A stretch of DNA of 52,628 bases from contig DASUDI010000033.1 of the NCBI GenBank assembly GCA_036275695.1, forward strand, positions 1 to 52,628, in the 5' to 3' direction. The translations under genes were made by a program, and so were the position numbers. Shown one piece after another: positions 32,423 to 41,841 of the stretch (position 1 is its first letter; every line of letters starts with the position of its first letter). Source of the stretch: Minisyncoccota bacterium. GTDB taxonomy: Bacteria > Patescibacteriota > Minisyncoccia > Phycocordibacterales > UBA918. Below the pieces are notes generated by a model. The model worked only from the letters and a program-made list of their open reading frames with translations. It searched no databases and had not been told where the DNA came from.

Positions 32423-33432
32423 GTATCTCGTGAAAATAGTTGTTTAGCTTTTTCCCACATCTCAGAGTGTCCTTGCATTTTCAACCAATACCACCACTCA
32501 ATACCCCAAAGATACTGAGTTTCGAAACGGGTATCGCGTGCGTACGCAATAATCTCATCAAACTTTTCAGCATCCATACGCGTGTACTGTATCTCAATTG
32601 GTACCTCGGTAACTGGTTCAACGAGCCACGGTTCTAGTGACAGTTCTATAAGAAAAGTTTGCTTTTCTCCATGCAAAAGTGACATTACATTCTCCTTCAC
32701 GCGATAAAACCATGGGGGGAGCACGGTCTTAAATCTACCTAACTCAGGATTCCAAAAATACACATACACGCTTGTTCCAAACGCATCACCATTTTTATAC
32801 GCCCCATTCCACATACCGAGATTTCCACTATCTGTTACCAAAATTGGTCGCGTTGGATCAAGTGAGCGCACGAGCGCAACTTCTTCTTCAAGAAACGCTT
32901 CATCAAGATCACCGCAGTGTTCATTGGCAAACGCATTAAGATATGGTTCATTTTCTACCTGCCAATGTGTAATCGCGGGAGAATCTTTATATCGATTCAC
33001 CACGTCGGTAATATACTGTCGTATCTCTTGTTTCTGCTCTTCCCAGGTAAGAGATTGCGCCCAGGTGGGTACATGACACTCAGGCCACCGCGGAAGCCGT
33101 CTTCCTACACCAAAAATAACTCGAGCGCCTGCTTGTTCTGCTTTTTTTATATCTCGATCCATCCACTCAAAAGTATAGACATCACGCTTTTCTTCAATCA
33201 GCGTCCAGTGCGCGCTCATGCGCACATCGCGAATATGTAAATCGTATAAAAGTGCGTCAAATACCTCATGTTCATCGAGCCCAAGTTCGCGCACATAGGG
33301 AACGCTATATGTCATTCCATAATTAATATCTCTGGGTCTTTCCTTATACGCAAGGAGCGTGAATGCGCAGGAGAAAATGAAAAACACTCCAAACAATGCT
33401 GCTACAATACGAAGCAATCTCTTTCGGTTCAT
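32419..33432 (-). CDS. membrane-anchored clan GH-A (TIM-barrel, GH5/GH42-like) glycoside hydrolase
   Basis: N-terminal TM. WQVENEPY has the acid/base NEP motif typical of clan GH-A. Confidence 0.6.
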   Translation of the reverse strand: MNRKRLLRIVAALFGVFFIFSCAFTLLAYKERPRDINYGMTYSVPYVRELGLDEHEVFDALLYDLHIRDVRMSAHWTLIEEKRDVYTFEWMDRDIKKAEQAGARVIFGVGRRLPRWPECHVPTWAQSLTWEEQKQEIRQYITDVVNRYKDSPAITHWQVENEPYLNAFANEHCGDLDEAFLEEEVALVRSLDPTRPILVTDSGNLGMWNGAYKNGDAFGTSVYVYFWNPELGRFKTVLPPWFYRVKENVMSLLHGEKQTFLIELSLEPWLVEPVTEVPIEIQYTRMDAEKFDEIIAYARDTRFETQYLWGIEWWYWLKMQGHSEMWEKAKQLFSRDT

Positions 33433-34367
33433 TATCTAAATAATACCAGAAAGCCGATGGCAATAACAGCCACAAATACGGACTTTTTGAGGATAGAATC
33501 TTTATGATACACCTCTCCTCGAATTGGCAGATTGGGGATGAATGTAAACATAATACCAAGTATCAAAATAAATATATACTGAATGCCACCAAGTGCTTGC
33601 ACAACCGCGACATCACCAAGATCAGTCGCTTTCAAAATAAGTATCGTTGAAATGCCTGCGAGTAACTTATTGAAGGCTATAAGTACTCCTGCTTTTTTGC
33701 TCGATGATTTTGTTTGATTTTTAATACGTTCATAGTTGCTCGGAATCATAAGGAGAGAGAGTGCAAAAAACATAAATGCGATACGCGACCAGAAGAATGC
33801 ATCATCAAAATTTGTGACAAGGAAAAGACCTTTAATTACCACATAGTGAAATGCAAAATATATTCCCGCATGAAGTGCCAGAAACGCGGTTTTTCGATTA
33901 AAGGTAAATCGTGAAACCAAGAAAGTTCCGAGCGCGAGCACGAACACTCCCAATCCAAAATTTGCCGACATGGCTCCTCCTATAAAAAAATGTCCGAGTC
34001 CGAATGATGCAATCGCGGAAGTGGCACCAATCACCGGCACCACATCGGCAGCGTCGTTTTTTTGCAGTGCGATAAACATAGACACAAGTGCCATAAAAAA
34101 TGTATATGCCGCAAGATACGCAAGAGCGATTACCTCGAGTGTCGGCGTGTGTATATTTGAAAAAGATGGAATGTGAAGTGCTTCAAATGGCAAAGGTATA
34201 AAACTGAAGAAATAGACTACAATCCATACCCCCGCAATAAGACATGTATAAAACGCGTATACAAATGGTTGTGGGAGCATTTTCTCATCGGAGACAATGC
34301 GTTTGTCCAAGACCGCAACAAACGCATTTAAAAACTGTGCTATAACCGCGAGGGTAATCCAATTCAT
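33432..34367 (-). CDS. polytopic membrane protein, EamA/DMT-like
   Basis: About 10 TM helices. I place the start at the ATG at 34367 (MNWITLAVIAQFLNAFVAVLDKRIV), which overlaps the GH1 stop by 7 nt. Confidence 0.5.
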   Translation of the reverse strand: MNWITLAVIAQFLNAFVAVLDKRIVSDEKMLPQPFVYAFYTCLIAGVWIVVYFFSFIPLPFEALHIPSFSNIHTPTLEVIALAYLAAYTFFMALVSMFIALQKNDAADVVPVIGATSAIASFGLGHFFIGGAMSANFGLGVFVLALGTFLVSRFTFNRKTAFLALHAGIYFAFHYVVIKGLFLVTNFDDAFFWSRIAFMFFALSLLMIPSNYERIKNQTKSSSKKAGVLIAFNKLLAGISTILILKATDLGDVAVVQALGGIQYIFILILGIMFTFIPNLPIRGEVYHKDSILKKSVFVAVIAIGFLVLFR

Positions 34368-34372
34368 TATGG

Positions 34373-35611
34373 CTATTCTACCGCATTTTGTTCGCAAATG
34401 CGCTTATACACATAGGCAGAAGGTCGAATAGTTCGTTCTTGTGTTTTAAAGTCAATCGCGACAAGACCAAAACGCTTCTCAAAACCAAGTGCCCATTCAT
34501 AATTATCAAGCAGTGACCAGTACATGTGCCCACGCACATCAGCGCCACGCTGTGTCGCGCGCCACGTCGCGCGTACCTGTTCAGTGATATACGAGGCACG
34601 ATGCACATCCCGCTCATCCGCGATTCCTGATTCAGACACGTAGAGTGGTCGCCTGTACTTCCAGAGCATCATGAGCGCGTGTTCAAGACCTTCTGGGTAA
34701 ATATCCCAATCCATATCAGTCTTTTCATATACGCGCGTATCACCATATTTTTTATGAAAATAGTAATTGAGACCCACTGAATCACACTTCCTATAAACTC
34801 TACTCATAAACACATGTGTCCAAAAATAGTTCGCCATCGCCGCGATTACAATATTAAGTGGGTTGCGGTTTGCGTGAAAATAAATTACATGTTTCACCAC
34901 ACTCACATCGAGGTTTTGATTTTTTGACTTAATGTAGTCGTATGCGCGATTATGCGCACGCGCGAGATTTTTCATGACTCGCAAATACAAAAATAATGGT
35001 CGGATACCTTTTTTTGCGCGCGATTCATACGTACGTCCTGAGTTAGTAATCGAAATCGCATCACTAAGTGAAAATCGCTTAAAAGGAGGCCAACTTCCGC
35101 GAAGCCAGCCATTCGAACCAAATACGTTGGGTTCATTCATGGTTGAGAAATGTATACAAAGATCACCAAGGTGCTCGGTCACATAAGCACAGTATCGAGC
35201 AAATATCTCTGGTGCGTCCGCGCGCTCAAATCCACCTGTTTTTGAAAACCATAACGGGAGCGTAAAGTGCCACAGCGTAATGAAAGGAACCATATCTCTC
35301 GCGTGCAATGCCTTCAGTACCGAGCGGTAATGTTCAATCGCATCCATATCAAATACTCCCTCCTCTGGCTCAATACGTGCCCACTCTACCGAAAACCGAT
35401 GAGCAGTATGACCGAGCGATTTTGCAATATTAAAATCTTCTTCATAGCGATGATAGTGGTCACACGCGTCACCACACACAGGCACACGACCTTCACGTGC
35501 CGCTTCAGCCCAATCTGTATGCTCTATTCCACCCTCCACCTGATATGCGGCAGTTGCTGCTCCCCACAGAAAATCTTTTGGAAACTGTTTTTTTATTTCT
35601 TTTTCTAGCAT
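34373..35611 (-). CDS. GH1 beta-glucosidase family protein
   Basis: FLWGAATAAYQVEGG, FSVEWARIEP, TMNEPN (acid/base), YVSESG (nucleophile region), WSLLDNYEW. Confidence 0.9.
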   Translation of the reverse strand: MLEKEIKKQFPKDFLWGAATAAYQVEGGIEHTDWAEAAREGRVPVCGDACDHYHRYEEDFNIAKSLGHTAHRFSVEWARIEPEEGVFDMDAIEHYRSVLKALHARDMVPFITLWHFTLPLWFSKTGGFERADAPEIFARYCAYVTEHLGDLCIHFSTMNEPNVFGSNGWLRGSWPPFKRFSLSDAISITNSGRTYESRAKKGIRPLFLYLRVMKNLARAHNRAYDYIKSKNQNLDVSVVKHVIYFHANRNPLNIVIAAMANYFWTHVFMSRVYRKCDSVGLNYYFHKKYGDTRVYEKTDMDWDIYPEGLEHALMMLWKYRRPLYVSESGIADERDVHRASYITEQVRATWRATQRGADVRGHMYWSLLDNYEWALGFEKRFGLVAIDFKTQERTIRPSAYVYKRICEQNAVE

Positions 35612-35637
35612 GAACCGAGTATACCAAAAATAGAGCC

Positions 35638-36342
35638 CTATGGCATATGTTCATATCGCTGTATAAACATGGTTGGTGCAAGATATGTATACCACCTCTC
35701 ATACAATTTGTATGTTGCAATAGTATCTGACATTGCGTGGTGTGCGATATCGCGGAACTTTTTCATCCGAAAAAGTTCCGCGATATCCTCCCCACTCACC
35801 TGCTCATTATCATACCCAACACCAAACGCGTCACACGCGAGACGCAGTGATGGCCATCGTGATAGTGCTCCATACCACGTACACTGATCAAGTAAATCAA
35901 CATGAAATACACCCGTCTGTTGTGATAAAAAACGCTTCTTCGTAATTTCAATACGAGGACGCACTCCACACATCGCGCTTCTTAGTGAGAGATACGGCAC
36001 GTCAAACATTCTTCCGTTGTAGGTGACAAATGTATCATAGTGCGTGGCGCCCTCCCAAAAATCCTCGAGCATTTCTTTTTCGGTACGCCGATGCCATGTG
36101 AAGTCACCATATTCATATCCATCTTCTATGTCTACTGCATATACAATACCCTTTTTACGTTCTACATCATACATACTCAGCGCGACAATCTCACCCGTAA
36201 ATGGTGAGAGCGGTAATCGTTCTTTCACACGCATGCGATCCTCATCGGTGTGAGCGTTCCGAAGTAGCGCATGATGCACAGTCTCTGAAAACAATTCCCA
36301 CGGCTTTGCGACTGTTTCAATATCGAATACGAGCGTTGCCAT
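35638..36342 (-). CDS. RNase H-fold 3'-5' exonuclease-like protein (PolB-exonuclease-related)
   Basis: MATLVFDIETVA (ExoI DxE), ...YNGRMFDVPYL (ExoII), ...HHAMSDTIATYKLY (ExoIII). I place the start at the ATG at 36342. Confidence 0.65.
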   Translation of the reverse strand: MATLVFDIETVAKPWELFSETVHHALLRNAHTDEDRMRVKERLPLSPFTGEIVALSMYDVERKKGIVYAVDIEDGYEYGDFTWHRRTEKEMLEDFWEGATHYDTFVTYNGRMFDVPYLSLRSAMCGVRPRIEITKKRFLSQQTGVFHVDLLDQCTWYGALSRWPSLRLACDAFGVGYDNEQVSGEDIAELFRMKKFRDIAHHAMSDTIATYKLYERWYTYLAPTMFIQRYEHMP

Positions 36343-36347
36343 ACATA

Positions 36348-37379
36348 CTAACCACCGGTAACGATGGGTCGTGGCGTCCCCATAAAACATGAGACAGTGT
36401 ACGGGTAGGTGTCCGTCATGTGATAATGGTACATATACGTTGCGATACCGTCCCATGTAATAATGTGCGCATGCCCATTGCACGCGTCAAGTGACTGCAC
36501 ATCGACAGGCGCTCCATTCTCCACCTGAGGATATATACCAAATCCATCGAGCGCATAACCAACACTTCCGTTATCATCCTTTTTGACGCACGTGCTCTCT
36601 GTGTGGTAGTGGTACACTCCCTGCGTATCGACATGTCCATTGCACGCGTCAAATCGTGAGTGCGCGCGCGCATCATAATCGCCTGAAAGTACTCCGCTGT
36701 ATATCAACGCACCTGAATGAAGTACTCCCACCGCTTCCCCTCGTGGCACACACGATACCTGTGACGCGCGCACCGGCACGCGTGGTATATCGAGCATGAA
36801 GGACTGTACTACAGATGCGTGAATATTTATGCCATCATCGGGCGATGTGGGGAAAGTACCCATTGCGTGTTTCGGTATACCATTCGTGTTTATCACACGC
36901 GCGGTTCCGGTGGCATATATCGTATACAAACTCGGTATCGTATACACACCCTCAATCACCGATTTCTTTGTCTCGTCATAAACTCCATCTGTAATCCACG
37001 TAGTTTCAGTAATAGGGGCTACGTCCACACCTTCGCCGGCACATGCATATAGAGATCCCTTACGCGGTGCGCTACTTACAGAGGCACCTACAAATGAATG
37101 TTCCGTTTTTAACACATGCGTCTCCTCATAATCAGTCTCTGCGACATCATCACTGCTCGTGTCAGCACGGAGTGATTCGCGCACGCGCTCAATAAATGCC
37201 ACACGATTTGCATGAGTGACAGGTGTTGATTCCGCGACACCATACACCGACTCTGATTCAACAAATACGTTATCAGTATGTATTGCGTTGTGATACATTC
37301 CCCGAATACTACACAAAAGCACAATCAAGAGCGCGATAGAGAGTAGCGCGGCAATGTAAGCATGCTTTGTACGAATCAT
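36348..37379 (-). CDS. YHYH-domain exported protein
   Basis: N-terminal TM. ACNGHVDTQGVYHYHTES and ACNGHAHIITWDGIATYMYHYHMTDTYPY. Confidence 0.7.
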   Translation of the reverse strand: MIRTKHAYIAALLSIALLIVLLCSIRGMYHNAIHTDNVFVESESVYGVAESTPVTHANRVAFIERVRESLRADTSSDDVAETDYEETHVLKTEHSFVGASVSSAPRKGSLYACAGEGVDVAPITETTWITDGVYDETKKSVIEGVYTIPSLYTIYATGTARVINTNGIPKHAMGTFPTSPDDGINIHASVVQSFMLDIPRVPVRASQVSCVPRGEAVGVLHSGALIYSGVLSGDYDARAHSRFDACNGHVDTQGVYHYHTESTCVKKDDNGSVGYALDGFGIYPQVENGAPVDVQSLDACNGHAHIITWDGIATYMYHYHMTDTYPYTVSCFMGTPRPIVTGG

Positions 37380-37437
37380 AACCTGTATAGTACCTCATGC
37401 GAGTGCTGGTATGCTCAGACAACTGTGGGTACCTTAC

Positions 37438-38727
37438 CTATTTCACCACGACATCTTTGGGAACCTTAGTTGGATCTACAAAAAATCCTTTCAGATCCTT
37501 TCTGCCAATAATAATAGGAAAACGAAGGTGACTTCGTTCGGTATACGTTGCAACAGTTTTGATGTACGTGCCTTTGAGACGAAAATACAACTGAACGGTT
37601 TTGCGTTTTTGCTGCCCACTCCCTGAACGTACATGCACTAGTTTATGGTGTAAATCAAGCCCTAATTCATGCACCAAATCTACATCGATTGAAGTACGGT
37701 ACGCTCCCGTATCAATTTTCGCATGTACGGTCTTTCGTTTTTTGTCGCCAATGATGGTTATTTTTTCAATTACACCGAGCATTTGGTTTTCCACTTCAAC
37801 TTCTGCAAGGGTGTGGTCTGCGAAAAGCTTCTGCGCGAGCTCAACTGCGCGCGCCACAGAAGGCACGTGCACATTGGCAACACGTTCTAGACGAGTGCGA
37901 AGTGAATCATCATTCGCAATCTGAATAGAAAGTCCGGGGCGCGCATTTACCTCCAATACCAAAGGCCCTCGTTCTTTATCAAGGACAATATCAATTCCCA
38001 CAAAACCAAGTTTTGATGCTTCCTGCGCGCGCACTGCAACAGTAAGTATCTTTTCCCAATTGGGAATCTTAATACCTCGCACCTTTATCTTCTTTCCGGG
38101 TATGTGTGTCACACGATCTCCACGCGCCACTCCATAGGTAGTTATGCCCGTGCGCATATCAATACCAATACCCACCGCACCAAGGTGGAGATTTGCCTTA
38201 CCACTTGAATGCACTGTTGGGATACGGAGCATTGCCATCACGGGTATCTTATTGCACACAATGACACGGATATCGGGAACACCTTTCTCAGTGAGCTTTT
38301 TGAAAAAAGGATGAATAAGAACACGTTCTTCGATGAACGCGGTATCAGGTAAATTATTCAATGAATACGCGCCGTCAAGCGCGCCGAATATTTCTGCTTC
38401 AAGACCAACAAAAGTGATATGTTCCTTTTTTGTACCAACACCCTCACTTCCATTCCACTTCCCCACGCACACAATACCCCTTCCGCCATATCCGTGTGAG
38501 GGTTTCAGTACAAAATGTTTTGGGAGTGACTTCCAGTCAAAATCACGAACTTCGTTGAGTGAATTGAAACGCGCGATGAAATTTGTCGTAGGTACGCCAT
38601 GTTTGAGCAAACGCTCTTTCGTCAGTAATTTATCATCCGCGATAAGTTTATACTTACGTTTATTAAACGCGCGGATATAGAGATAATTTCGCGCGTTTAT
38701 GCCAAGTACTGACTTACTTACTGCCAT
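37438..38727 (-). CDS. alpha-L-glutamate-ligase-like (RimK-related) ATP-grasp enzyme fused to a C-terminal retropepsin-like (RimB / 'Zn_protease' family) domain
   Basis: N-terminal LGINARNYLYIRAFNKRKYKLIADDKLLTKERLLKHGVPT..., KPSHGYGGRGI, GIDIVLD...PLVLEVNARPGLS (ATP-grasp). C-terminal IIGDKKRKTVHAKIDTGAYRTSID...FPIIIGRKDL, with DTGA at nt 37702-37713. Confidence 0.8.
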   Translation of the reverse strand: MAVSKSVLGINARNYLYIRAFNKRKYKLIADDKLLTKERLLKHGVPTTNFIARFNSLNEVRDFDWKSLPKHFVLKPSHGYGGRGIVCVGKWNGSEGVGTKKEHITFVGLEAEIFGALDGAYSLNNLPDTAFIEERVLIHPFFKKLTEKGVPDIRVIVCNKIPVMAMLRIPTVHSSGKANLHLGAVGIGIDMRTGITTYGVARGDRVTHIPGKKIKVRGIKIPNWEKILTVAVRAQEASKLGFVGIDIVLDKERGPLVLEVNARPGLSIQIANDDSLRTRLERVANVHVPSVARAVELAQKLFADHTLAEVEVENQMLGVIEKITIIGDKKRKTVHAKIDTGAYRTSIDVDLVHELGLDLHHKLVHVRSGSGQQKRKTVQLYFRLKGTYIKTVATYTERSHLRFPIIIGRKDLKGFFVDPTKVPKDVVVK

Positions 38728-38729
38728 AC

Positions 38730-39641
38730 TTAATCACCTAGGGTGTTAAATCGAAAATACTCAAAGAGGCGCAATCCAAAATATCGACCAATAATGATAT
38801 TCATGGGTATCACCAAGAGTACTATTTCAGGATAGAGTATGAGTATGTCTTGAACCGTATAACTCGACGAAAGAAAGTACCCAACTAATCCCAAAATTAA
38901 TGTGGTTCCCGTAATGGTAAATGTCTCACTTGTACTCTTATGGAGTTGCACTGATACGATAGAGTCGCCTATGAGTATCAAAATGAGAATGGGGAAAATT
39001 GAGAGACTTAACACTTGTGTAAAACCAACCATTAACGCAAACGTAAGTGCCAAAAATACAAACAGCGCGAGGAGAAGCATTGAGAGCGAGCGCTTCGGAT
39101 AAAACATGATTTTAGCGCGTGTTAAAAGTAGCCGAGATATGTACGCGGCGCAAAGAATTGCTGCAAGAATAATGAGTCCCACCACGATACCCACTGACAC
39201 AAGCGCGAACGCAAGTGCGACTGGTATGAGCATATCAAGCGTGGGCAAACCAATTACCACACGCGTCAAACTCACTAACGTTGCGAGGAATGGAGTAAGG
39301 AGTATCAAAAAAATAGTATTCGCGGGTATCCCCATCTCAACTGCACGTTGCACCCAATATGCCATGAATGAAAAAATCCCCGGTGAATCTACCTTACGAT
39401 CATCAAAACGAGAGATAATTGCTTCTTTTTCAGGAAGTTGCTCTGGCTGGGTGACGTTATTGTTGCGTGCATCAACTACATTTATCTGGTCGATGATATT
39501 TGCGATTGTCGATGAGCCGGCCACAGAAGATGAGGTGCTCTGCGTATTCATTTCAGCACCAGTGATGTCCTGAGCTGAGGTTGCCTGGGTACCAAGGATG
39601 CAGAAAAAAAATATATACGCACTCAATAGTTTTATTTTCAT
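38730..39641 (-). CDS. 7-TM membrane protein (7TM module of the '7TM_transglut' type, without a transglutaminase domain)
   Basis: Signal peptide, Ser/Thr-rich linker, then seven hydrophobic helices. Sits 1 nt and 2 nt from its neighbours. Confidence 0.6.
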   Translation of the reverse strand: MKIKLLSAYIFFFCILGTQATSAQDITGAEMNTQSTSSSVAGSSTIANIIDQINVVDARNNNVTQPEQLPEKEAIISRFDDRKVDSPGIFSFMAYWVQRAVEMGIPANTIFLILLTPFLATLVSLTRVVIGLPTLDMLIPVALAFALVSVGIVVGLIILAAILCAAYISRLLLTRAKIMFYPKRSLSMLLLALFVFLALTFALMVGFTQVLSLSIFPILILILIGDSIVSVQLHKSTSETFTITGTTLILGLVGYFLSSSYTVQDILILYPEIVLLVIPMNIIIGRYFGLRLFEYFRFNTLGD

Positions 39642-39642
39642 A

Positions 39643-40899
39643 TTACCACTGTGGCAAAATTTCTAATGCTTGTAAAGTTGTCACCTGTGCTTCATTGAGC
39701 GGGTCATATTTCCCGATAAATAAAGAACTATACAGATGAGGATTTTTTACGAGAAGATTCCAAATACCTACATTGCCTTCGAGATACACAATATCGCGCG
39801 TAAAGACTAACCCAGTGCACTGTCCCGTGGTTCCTCTAAATATACGTGCACACACCTCCCACGCCAACTGTTCTGCGCGTACACGGGTGTGCGAATCATG
39901 CGTGCGTGTAAGCGTGTAATAATCTACCATACATTCAAATACTGAACGGAAATCACGTGGCGTACCATCAAGTCCCACCGCTAAAGAAAGTGCGAAGTAA
40001 CGATCAAAACCATAGAACTCTGACGACCCTTCGATTTGTTGCTGCGCATATCCCGCAAGCCCCTCCTCACCACGCAGATATCCCGCGAGCCCATACTCAA
40101 GAAGTTTTAGTGACTGCTTCGCGCCCTCGTGCGCGCGTCTCACATGTACACCAATCTCGTGCTCCGCGAGTGCGCGTGCGCGCGTTTCTGTAAACAAAAT
40201 CTTCCGCTCACGGAGTGCAGAATCAGGTGGAATATACACACATTTATGTTGAGAGTGCACAGAGAATATTCTCCGTCTGGGATCGATGCGTACACTCCAC
40301 CCGTCAATCTCATAATTCATGAGTGTTTTGAGAAATATATCTTTTGTTTCCTCCGCAGAAATGACAATACCATCTGTCTCTGATATTTCTGGGAGCATAT
40401 CTGGAGACACAATATCATGCGTCATAGAGATTTTTGAAGTAATCGCATGCATCCTCAATTGCGCATCTCGATGAGAAGATGGCACCTGCATATTGGAAAC
40501 CTGTGCGTGAATTCTATGTGCCACATACGAAAAAAAAGATTTTTTAGGCGCCCCGTAGAGTGTCACACTATGTTCAAAAAAACCAATATCGTCACCAACG
40601 CGCGTACACTCAAACATCATAAGTCGCGTTAAATGCGCGTCAATTTTATCGATATACAATCTATAAATGTACGGGTTTGTCTCTTCGCGTGATATTAATG
40701 CTCTGAGTGCGTGGAGTGCTGAAATTTTTTCTCTCTGACTTGTGGTGGTATCACACACAAAACGCGGATTCTCAATTTTATGTTCAAGGAAGCGTTCTTG
40801 TTCATATTTTGGCACATGCACCAAATCACGTAACCACGTAGTATCTGCTGACACCGTAATTTCTAATAACTGCTGATACCACCGCGAGTCAATTGGCAT
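39643..40899 (-). CDS. DUF1704 / MATCAP-like metallocarboxypeptidase ('QEGLA motif' family)
   Basis: HEIGVH (HExxH, nt 40144-40161), followed 26 aa later by GEEGLAGY (nt 40054-40068). Length 418 aa. GNVGIW and YDP occur near the C-terminus. Confidence 0.75.
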   Translation of the reverse strand: MPIDSRWYQQLLEITVSADTTWLRDLVHVPKYEQERFLEHKIENPRFVCDTTTSQREKISALHALRALISREETNPYIYRLYIDKIDAHLTRLMMFECTRVGDDIGFFEHSVTLYGAPKKSFFSYVAHRIHAQVSNMQVPSSHRDAQLRMHAITSKISMTHDIVSPDMLPEISETDGIVISAEETKDIFLKTLMNYEIDGWSVRIDPRRRIFSVHSQHKCVYIPPDSALRERKILFTETRARALAEHEIGVHVRRAHEGAKQSLKLLEYGLAGYLRGEEGLAGYAQQQIEGSSEFYGFDRYFALSLAVGLDGTPRDFRSVFECMVDYYTLTRTHDSHTRVRAEQLAWEVCARIFRGTTGQCTGLVFTRDIVYLEGNVGIWNLLVKNPHLYSSLFIGKYDPLNEAQVTTLQALEILPQW

Positions 40900-41005
40900 A
40901 TCCTATCTGAAATCTAAATATGAGTGCGAACTCTAACGCACACGAGAGTAATGCTACTTTCTGCTATTTTACCATACATTCCGACACAAGTATACTAAGT
41001 AGATT

Positions 41006-41755
41006 TCACATAAGTACCTTAGGGTGTTTTCTACTCCACGCGTAAAACGCAATACCAGCTGCAACAGACGCATTCAGAGATTCGATTGTGGTAGCGGTAG
41101 GGATATTCAGTAATATATCGCAATGTTCCCGTGTCTTTGAACGAATACCATCAGATTCATTGCCAAGTAGTAATACTGAGGGTTTCTCAAAACCTTCTTC
41201 ATGGAGTGCGTGCGGGCCTGCTCCTTCTAAGCCATAAATCCAAAACCCCTTCTTTTTGAGATCAATAAGCGTCTGATTTATATTTGCAATGCGTACCATC
41301 GGAATACGAAATACCGCACCCACTGAAACTTTGATAACTGTTCCAGTCATCTGTACTTGCCGATGTTCTGGAATTAACACTGCGCGTATGCCAAACGCAG
41401 CCGCCGAACGGATAACCGCTCCCACATTATGTGGATCCTGCACCTCCCCAAGCACCACAAACGCGGTATCGTTTGTGACGTCACATGCGCGCATAAAGTC
41501 ATCATAATCAGATACGAGTCTCTCACTCTCTATCTCCGCGACACACCCTTGATGCACCGCATCTTTGGGTATTCCCTGAGGTAACTTTGCCGTATTGAGT
41601 AATGTGATAGGTATGTGTCGTTTTGTAAGCATCTCCCGTGCGGCGTCTGTAAGGGACGACTCAGAAGCGTACACGCGAAGCACCACATCTGGGCGAAGCA
41701 AAATCGCGTCGTGTACCGCATGTTTCCCATAAATATGGATTCGTGAATCATTCAT
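41006..41755 (-). CDS. rlmB: SpoU/TrmH-family rRNA 2'-O-methyltransferase (RlmB-like)
   Basis: IYGKHAVHDAIL N-domain; VLGEVQDPHNVGAVIRSAAAFG; LLLGNESDGI; IPTATTIESLNASVAAGIAFY. Confidence 0.85.
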   Translation of the reverse strand: MNDSRIHIYGKHAVHDAILLRPDVVLRVYASESSLTDAAREMLTKRHIPITLLNTAKLPQGIPKDAVHQGCVAEIESERLVSDYDDFMRACDVTNDTAFVVLGEVQDPHNVGAVIRSAAAFGIRAVLIPEHRQVQMTGTVIKVSVGAVFRIPMVRIANINQTLIDLKKKGFWIYGLEGAGPHALHEEGFEKPSVLLLGNESDGIRSKTREHCDILLNIPTATTIESLNASVAAGIAFYAWSRKHPKVLM

Positions 41756-41841
41756 TAATCATGAGTCTATCGCGATAGCGCGCATCTGTGAAGTGTGTTG
41801 CAGAACACGGTATCGTATGTTCTACTTATTTCACGTTCACT

